Shown here: piece after piece, positions 58,102 through 64,000 of the stretch
Layout: each line of letters starts with the position of its first letter
Numbering within the stretch: position 1 is the first letter of the stretch
Assembly: GCA_016744995.1 (NCBI GenBank)
Contig: JADGDG010000001.1
Coordinates: 38,011-102,010, forward strand
Origin: Gammaproteobacteria bacterium
GTDB taxonomy: Bacteria > Pseudomonadota > Gammaproteobacteria > GRL18
DNA: 64,000 nt
Direction: 5' to 3'
Notes under the pieces: model-generated
Databases searched by the model: none
Told to the model about the DNA's origin: nothing
The model's input: only the letters and a program-made list of their open reading frames with translations
Position numbers and translations under genes: made by a program

Positions 58102-59308
58102 CTGCTTTAACTGCCGCAATGCGCTTAATTCTTAATTGCTCAGCAATAGATGCACCTTGGAATCCCTGGGCAACAATATCTGCCGTATTGACCTGTTTTG
58201 CCGCCTGAAAAAAAGCTCTAAAACGCTGAGTTTTTTTATCTGAGCTATTTTCATAACCCGTTCTTCCCTTTGCATCAGCCTCACAGGCCAGGAGGAAATA
58301 TTCAAAACGTTCCGGACGCCTGAATGCATCTAAACGAGACAGTAAATCAACAATAGTGGCATTTTTCAGTTCTTCAATACGGTGATAATTCAAATGAAAT
58401 TCAGTCACCAGCAAAGCCAGAGCAGTATAATGTTTTGGTACTTTCATACGCTGACAAAGCGCCTGAACCAAAGGAACACCCCGGGACTCATGAGCAATAT
58501 GTCTGGGCCATTCATGCTCAGGAGTGATCCCTTTGCCCAGATCATGCAATAAGGCAGCAAAGCGAACAACTGGTTCCGGAGTTAAGCGTGCCGCCTGCTC
58601 CAGAACCATCATCGTATGGGTACCGGTATCAATTTCAGGATGCCATTGAGGCGATTGCGGCACACCAAACAATTGTTCTATTTCCGGAAAAAGGCGGCCC
58701 AGAGCCCCACACTGTCTGAGGACATCAAAAAAGATGCGGGGATTATCATCAGCTAGTGCTTTTTCAACTTCTTGCCAGACACGTTCAGCAACCAGGGCAT
58801 CCACTTCATCATGGTCTACCAAACACTGCATCATGGTCATTGTTTCGTCCGCAATAGAAAAGCCATAGCCTGCATATCGGGCAGCAAAGCGCGCCACTCT
58901 GAGCACTCGCAGTGGATCTTCAGCAAAGGAGGGGGAAACATGTCTTAAAACACGTTTACTAAGATCTTCAATACCATGATGGGGATCGTAAAGTATACCA
59001 GACTCATCTTCAGCAATCGCATTAATGGTCAGATCCCGGCGCACCAGATCATCTTCCAGAGTAACATCTGCCGCCGCATAAAACTCAAAACCATGATAAC
59101 CTCTGGCCACTTTACGCTCAGTTCTGGCCAAAGCATACTCTTCATGAGTTTCCGGGTGCAGAAAAACAGGGAAATCTTTACCAACAGGCGTATAACCGGC
59201 CGCTAACATATCTTCAACAGTCGCCCCGACAACCACATAATCATGATCAACAACTTTTCTATTGAGCAGCTTATCTCTGACAGCGCCGCCGACTTTATAA
59301 ATTTTCAT
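58091..59308 (-). CDS. cca: Multifunctional CCA tRNA nucleotidyltransferase (HD-domain type)
   Basis: GGAVRD...DHDYVV head motif and HD phosphohydrolase domain. Confidence 0.85.
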   Translation of the reverse strand: MKIYKVGGAVRDKLLNRKVVDHDYVVVGATVEDMLAAGYTPVGKDFPVFLHPETHEEYALARTERKVARGYHGFEFYAAADVTLEDDLVRRDLTINAIAEDESGILYDPHHGIEDLSKRVLRHVSPSFAEDPLRVLRVARFAARYAGYGFSIADETMTMMQCLVDHDEVDALVAERVWQEVEKALADDNPRIFFDVLRQCGALGRLFPEIEQLFGVPQSPQWHPEIDTGTHTMMVLEQAARLTPEPVVRFAALLHDLGKGITPEHEWPRHIAHESRGVPLVQALCQRMKVPKHYTALALLVTEFHLNYHRIEELKNATIVDLLSRLDAFRRPERFEYFLLACEADAKGRTGYENSSDKKTQRFRAFFQAAKQVNTADIVAQGFQGASIAEQLRIKRIAAVKAVNH

Positions 59309-59442
59309 AACAATTAATAACTATTTTCGATACATATCATTCTTGAACATTAAGAAAAGAATAATAAACGATAATAGCCTAATATGCCCGAATTTCTTTT
59401 GCTTTGGACTTTCCTGACTCTAGCCACATAAAGACTAGAAAT

Positions 59443-60393
59443 TTAACGTCTTGATTTTGCTCTAAAATAATCCATTTTACCGGAAAAATCCTTACCACCT
59501 AGATATTGGGGCACAATACTCTCAATACTGCGCAACTCAAGATCCAGTTCAGTATTGGCTGCACTCTGGGCTTCATCAGAACAGACACTATCCACACTCA
59601 TGCTTTTATAATTATCCAGCGTAATGGGTGCTCCTGGAAACAGCCCCATAAATTGGGCAAGCGGTTTTGAGAAAAAACGGTTCAAAGACATAATAGTGCA
59701 GCGGCTATTGATTTGTCCTGCCGTATATTGAACCAGTTCTTTTAATGAAAAAGACTCCGGTCCACAAAGGTTGTAATTCTTACCATAAGTATCAGTATTA
59801 TCAATACTATTAATAAAAGCATCAACCACATCACCAATATAGATTGGTGCAAAGCGTGCACTGGCACAGGTCAGGGGAAAAATACCCGGCATTATTTTTA
59901 ACAATTGTGCAAAACGATTAAAAAAGCTATCCGCTTCACCAAAAATAACTGATGGTGAAAAAGTAGTTACATACAGACCGTCAATGGCAAGAATTTTCTT
60001 CTGTGCTCTTCCTTTTGAACGGAGATAGTCACTGCTGGCATTTTCATCTGCATTCAAAGCACTCATATGCAGTAGTCTTGGTGTACCTACTGCTTTTGTA
60101 GCCTCTGCAATTCTCAAGGCAACTTTCTCATGCACCAGTTCAAAGGTATTGGCGCCAGATGGATTTAATATACCCGCCAGGTTAATCACCACATCATAAG
60201 TATCAATCTGACGTTCAAGAATTTTATTCCCAAAAAAATCAATATCGACAATTTTAACTGTTGGCAGCGTTCTTAGATGACGATGACGTTCAGGTCTTCT
60301 GGTAATAACCTTTATCGAGTGTCCCTGACTCACTAAGGTGGTGATCAGATGAGTCCCGACAAACCCTGTGCCTCCAATGATACAAATTTTCAA
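59443..60393 (-). CDS. NAD(P)-binding NmrA/NDUFA9-like atypical SDR
   Basis: IIGGTGFVG Rossmann motif and complex-I NDUFA9-like length. Confidence 0.55.
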   Translation of the reverse strand: MKICIIGGTGFVGTHLITTLVSQGHSIKVITRRPERHRHLRTLPTVKIVDIDFFGNKILERQIDTYDVVINLAGILNPSGANTFELVHEKVALRIAEATKAVGTPRLLHMSALNADENASSDYLRSKGRAQKKILAIDGLYVTTFSPSVIFGEADSFFNRFAQLLKIMPGIFPLTCASARFAPIYIGDVVDAFINSIDNTDTYGKNYNLCGPESFSLKELVQYTAGQINSRCTIMSLNRFFSKPLAQFMGLFPGAPITLDNYKSMSVDSVCSDEAQSAANTELDLELRSIESIVPQYLGGKDFSGKMDYFRAKSRR

Positions 60394-60668
60394 TGTGTTA
60401 TCCTTTTAAAATTCACTATTCCCAATATTCTGCTCTGAGGGCATTTTTTTCTTATTATAAAGGGAATATCTATTAGCAATTAATTATATTATAATACACG
60501 TTTAATTATATATTTCAATCTGAATAAACCCTACAGCTCCATACCTATTGAAAATACTGGATTTCAAATAGTTTGAGTATAAACATCAGATCCGTGTTTT
60601 AATTTCTGTATAATAACTTTGGCCTAACCTTAAGGCCATCAATACAACATCTGAAATACTGGAATTAT

Positions 60669-61895
60669 ATGATCAACCCTTCATTCAGCCTGTCTCATTT
60701 CCCTCGAATTGAATTTGGTTCTGGACGTATTAAACTGCTCCCGGAAAAAATTGCACTCTATGGCCAGACAGTTCTGTTAATCACTGGCAGACAATCCTTC
60801 TATCTCTCTGCACAATGGGATGAGCTCATCTCAAAACTAGAAAGTCTGCAGATTAAATGGTTTCACACTACCATTAGCGGAGAACCTTCACCCCAGTTCA
60901 TTGATCAAAGCGTCCAACAATTCATTGCTGATAAAATTCAATGTGTTGTTGCCATCGGAGGCGGCAGTGCCCTGGACAGTGGCAAAGCCATCAGCGGCTT
61001 GCTGCACAGCGGTGATTCTGTCATGGAATACCTGGAAGGCGTCGGTGCCGGGAAAAAATACATCGGCCCAGCTATTCCCTTTATAGCTATACCAACCACT
61101 GCAGGTACCGGCAGTGAAGCTACAAAAAATTCGGTGTTAAGCAATATTGGCACCGAAGGTTATAAGAAATCATTTCGAGATGAACAACTAATCCCCCAAT
61201 ATGCCATTATTGACCCGGATTTATTAGCAAGTTGCCCCAAGGCACTGATCGCTGCCAATGGTATGGATGCCCTGACTCAATTAATGGAATCTTACTTATC
61301 AACCAGAGCCAACTCATTCACTGATGCACTGGCCCTCAACGGTATAGAAAGGGTTCGTGACAGCTTATTACTCTGGTATCACAGCAGTAATAAGTTATCA
61401 CAAACTGATTCTTGCTCAAATGAGATAAATCAAGCACGCGCTAATATGGCCTATGCCGCACTAATTTCTGGTATCACACTGGCTCAGGTTGGCTTAGGTA
61501 GTGTTCATGGATTAGCATCACCACTAGGTGCTTTTTTCCCGATCCCTCATGGCACAGCCTGTGGTACTGTACTTGCTGACGCAACCCGGATTAATATTAA
61601 GGCCATGTCAGAGCGTGAACCCAAAAATTCCGGACTCAGGCGCTATGCACAAATCGGCCGCCTGCTCACCAGAAAAAATGAACTCACTGACACACAGGCA
61701 CATAAGGAATTAGTAAAACTATTATCCGACTGGAGCCAGCAAATGGCACTGGAACCCTTATCAGCTTATGGTGTTAGCGAAGAAGATATCCCCAGGTTAG
61801 TGGTAAATATCAGCCCCAGCAGCATGCAGACAAATCCGATTATCCTGACTCAGGAGGAAAAAGAAGAACTCGTTCGTTCAGGCATTAAAGCATAG
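60669..61895 (+). CDS. Iron-containing alcohol dehydrogenase family protein
   Basis: AIGGGSALDSGK and H..H metal-site motifs. Confidence 0.6.
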   Translation: MINPSFSLSHFPRIEFGSGRIKLLPEKIALYGQTVLLITGRQSFYLSAQWDELISKLESLQIKWFHTTISGEPSPQFIDQSVQQFIADKIQCVVAIGGGSALDSGKAISGLLHSGDSVMEYLEGVGAGKKYIGPAIPFIAIPTTAGTGSEATKNSVLSNIGTEGYKKSFRDEQLIPQYAIIDPDLLASCPKALIAANGMDALTQLMESYLSTRANSFTDALALNGIERVRDSLLLWYHSSNKLSQTDSCSNEINQARANMAYAALISGITLAQVGLGSVHGLASPLGAFFPIPHGTACGTVLADATRINIKAMSEREPKNSGLRRYAQIGRLLTRKNELTDTQAHKELVKLLSDWSQQMALEPLSAYGVSEEDIPRLVVNISPSSMQTNPIILTQEEKEELVRSGIKA

Positions 61896-61918
61896 TAGTT
61901 AAAAAGTTAAAATTATCC

Positions 61919-62560
61919 CTATGCCCCATATCGATCCCGATAAGTCTGAATTTTATCGTAATAATGTGCCATCTCAGTATTATCTTTCAAAAAGAGGATC
62001 AGATGTTCCAGTTTGATAATACTGGTGACCGGCATATTATAATTTTTTTCAATTTCAGCAATGGCAGAGACATCGCCTTTTCCTAATTCTTGCCGATCCA
62101 GTGCAATGACCACCCCTGCAGGAGTTGCCTTAGCCTGATTAATCAGCTCGATGGATTCACGAACAGAGGTGCCTGCAGAAATCACATCATCAATGATCAT
62201 CACCTTGCCTTGCAGATCCGCTCCAACGATCGTACCACCTTCACCATGATCTTTTGCTTCTTTTCGATTAAAACTATAGGGTAAATCTCGAGCATGTTCA
62301 TCGGCCAGCGCAATCGAACAAGTCGAAGCCAGAGGAATACCTTTGTAAGCCGGGCCAAAGAGCATATCAAATTCTATTTGATTATCAATCAAAGCACTGG
62401 CATAAAATCGCCCCAGCTTTGCCAGAGATCCACCCGTGTCAAACAGGCCGCTATTAAAAAAATAAGGGCTGATACGCCCGGATTTCAGAGTGAATTCACC
62501 AAAGCGAAGCACTCCTTTGTTAATGGCAAATTCAATAAAATCACGTTGGTAATCCTGCAT
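61919..62560 (-). CDS. pyrE: Orotate phosphoribosyltransferase
   Basis: PRPP-binding [13 protein letters not shown] and OPRT N-terminus. Confidence 0.9.
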   Translation of the reverse strand: MQDYQRDFIEFAINKGVLRFGEFTLKSGRISPYFFNSGLFDTGGSLAKLGRFYASALIDNQIEFDMLFGPAYKGIPLASTCSIALADEHARDLPYSFNRKEAKDHGEGGTIVGADLQGKVMIIDDVISAGTSVRESIELINQAKATPAGVVIALDRQELGKGDVSAIAEIEKNYNMPVTSIIKLEHLILFLKDNTEMAHYYDKIQTYRDRYGA

Positions 62561-62733
62561 TGTCTAACCTGCTTTCTTTTCAATACTATTATTTAATACG
62601 GTAACTTAACTCAGTGTCTGGAGTCTGTCTGAGACTGCCTCACAAGTCAATGAATTATACCTCAGGTTGGGTTATAATAGCGCCTCTTTATTTTACACCT
62701 CTGATTATAAAAAGAGCATTAACAAAATATATT

Positions 62734-63510
62734 ATGAAAGTTATTTCTGCAAATCTGAATGGTATACGCGCTGCAGCAAAAAAAGGTTTTTTTGAATGGA
62801 TGCAGGATGAATCTCCTGATGTGCTCTGTATACAGGAAACCAAGGCACAGCTTGATCAATTAGATGCACCGGTCTTTTCTCCTCCCGGATATTTTCGTTA
62901 TTTTTTTGATGCGCATAAAAAGGGCTATAGCGGGACTGCCATTTATTCAAAAAAAGAACCTGATTTTATCACTACAGGGTTGGGCTGGGATGTTGCTGAC
63001 ACTGAAGGTCGATACATTCAGGCAGATTTTGGTGATTTAAGCATTGCTTCATTATACCTGCCATCAGGCTCTTCTAAAGATGAGCGCCAGATATTAAAGA
63101 TGGAATTTTTAGAGCAGATAACTCCCATGCTCAAAGAGATGGCCCAGAGTTCTCGCCAATACATAATCTGCGGCGACTGGAACATTGTTCATAAAAGAAT
63201 TGATATTAAGAACTTTAACGGCAATAAAAAACGCTCCGGCTGTCTACCGGAAGAGCGTGCCTGGCTGGATCAGCTTTTTGGCGATGATATTGGTCTTTGT
63301 GATGCCTTCAGAGTGTTAAACAAAGAAGAACATCAATACACCTGGTGGTCAAATCGAGGCCAGGCCTGGGCAAATAATACCGGATGGCGTATTGACTATC
63401 AGGTAATTTCAGCCTCACTGGCCCCCTTATTGGAATCAACGTCAATTTATAAGGAGCAACGCTTTTCTGATCATGCCCCTCTTATCATGACTTATAATAG
63501 AGAACTTTGA
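62734..63510 (+). CDS. xthA: Exodeoxyribonuclease III
   Basis: MKVISANLNGIRAA start and EEP-family motifs. The ORF track's earlier start at 62614 adds a non-homologous leader. Confidence 0.85.
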   Translation: MKVISANLNGIRAAAKKGFFEWMQDESPDVLCIQETKAQLDQLDAPVFSPPGYFRYFFDAHKKGYSGTAIYSKKEPDFITTGLGWDVADTEGRYIQADFGDLSIASLYLPSGSSKDERQILKMEFLEQITPMLKEMAQSSRQYIICGDWNIVHKRIDIKNFNGNKKRSGCLPEERAWLDQLFGDDIGLCDAFRVLNKEEHQYTWWSNRGQAWANNTGWRIDYQVISASLAPLLESTSIYKEQRFSDHAPLIMTYNREL

Positions 63511-63513
63511 TAA

Positions 63514-64000
63514 ATGCCTGTTGAAATATCTTATCTGACCGCATTTATTGCCGGCTTACTGGGAGGTGTCCACTGCCTTGGTATGTGCGGAGGGATTGTC
63601 GGTGCTCTGACATTTGGCATAAAGGGAGGTTCAAACAAGAGCTCTCTGCCTTATTTGATTGCCTATAATAGCGGGCGGATCATGAGCTATACCCTGGCAG
63701 GAATTTTAGTCGGTGGGATCAGTATGCTGGCTTCCAACCTCCCCATTTTACATAATGTCCAGTTTGCTCTGCAGATTTTTGCAACACTCTTTATGATTGC
63801 TCTGGGCCTTTATATTGGCGGCTGGTGGTTTGGTTTGAGAAAAATAGAAAAAGCAGGGGGGCTCATCTGGAAACAAATTGAACCCATTAGTCGACGTTTT
63901 ATACCGGTTAAATCCACTTTTCAGGCATTTATTCTAGGTTCATTATGGGGCTGGCTGCCCTGTGGACTGGTTTACACCATCCTGATCTGGTCCATTTCAA
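63514..64000 (+). CDS. DsbD_2/UreH-like transmembrane protein (HCLGMCGG motif), 5' part only
   Basis: GGVHCLGMCGGI in the first TM helix. The ORF continues past the window end. Confidence 0.35.
   Translation, partial: MPVEISYLTAFIAGLLGGVHCLGMCGGIVGALTFGIKGGSNKSSLPYLIAYNSGRIMSYTLAGILVGGISMLASNLPILHNVQFALQIFATLFMIALGLYIGGWWFGLRKIEKAGGLIWKQIEPISRRFIPVKSTFQAFILGSLWGWLPCGLVYTILIWSIS

Noticed and set aside
62614-62733. Upstream extension of the xthA ORF
   Set aside because: The leader has no similarity to exonuclease III. The conserved N-terminus MKVISANLNGIRAA begins at 62734.

Overview
This 64-kb window is chromosomal DNA from a low-GC (about 38-40%) gammaproteobacterium, with one ~16-kb accessory region between two conserved housekeeping blocks.

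The conserved gene arrangements are gammaproteobacterial. They include nudE-yrfG next to cysQ, hisBHAFIE followed by hinT-tatABC, rpsU-dnaG-rpoD with yqeY, and tsaD/plsY/folB-folK/uppP/cca. A PEP-CTERM protein, NnrS, a periplasmic SOR-like protein and a hemerythrin-like protein point to an environmental lineage. A placement in Thiotrichales/Beggiatoaceae is only a guess.

The accessory region spans roughly 24.7-40.9 kb and is built around a minus-strand tRNA cluster. That cluster holds Leu(TAG), Gln(TTG), His(GTG), Lys(TTT) and an atypical 86-nt class-II tRNA with a GUU anticodon. The region also carries:
- an HNH nuclease plus a minimal nucleotidyltransferase operon;
- a 1.6-kb ORF-poor stretch with a tRNA-like gene;
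- an rtcB-PcfJ-like-SPFH block bracketed by ~115-bp direct repeats;
- decayed tRNA fragments;
- an XRE regulator, a second nucleotidyltransferase paralog and a PhyH dioxygenase;
- RES-Xre and AbiE-like toxin-antitoxin cassettes;
- a terminal tRNA(CAT, Ile2-like).
No integrase is present.

A lineage-specific 18-22 bp tandem repeat family (core AGCCYTNAGC) forms four intergenic arrays. The same unit is inserted in-frame into the 3' ends of tatB and tatC. No CRISPR array and no rRNA gene were seen.
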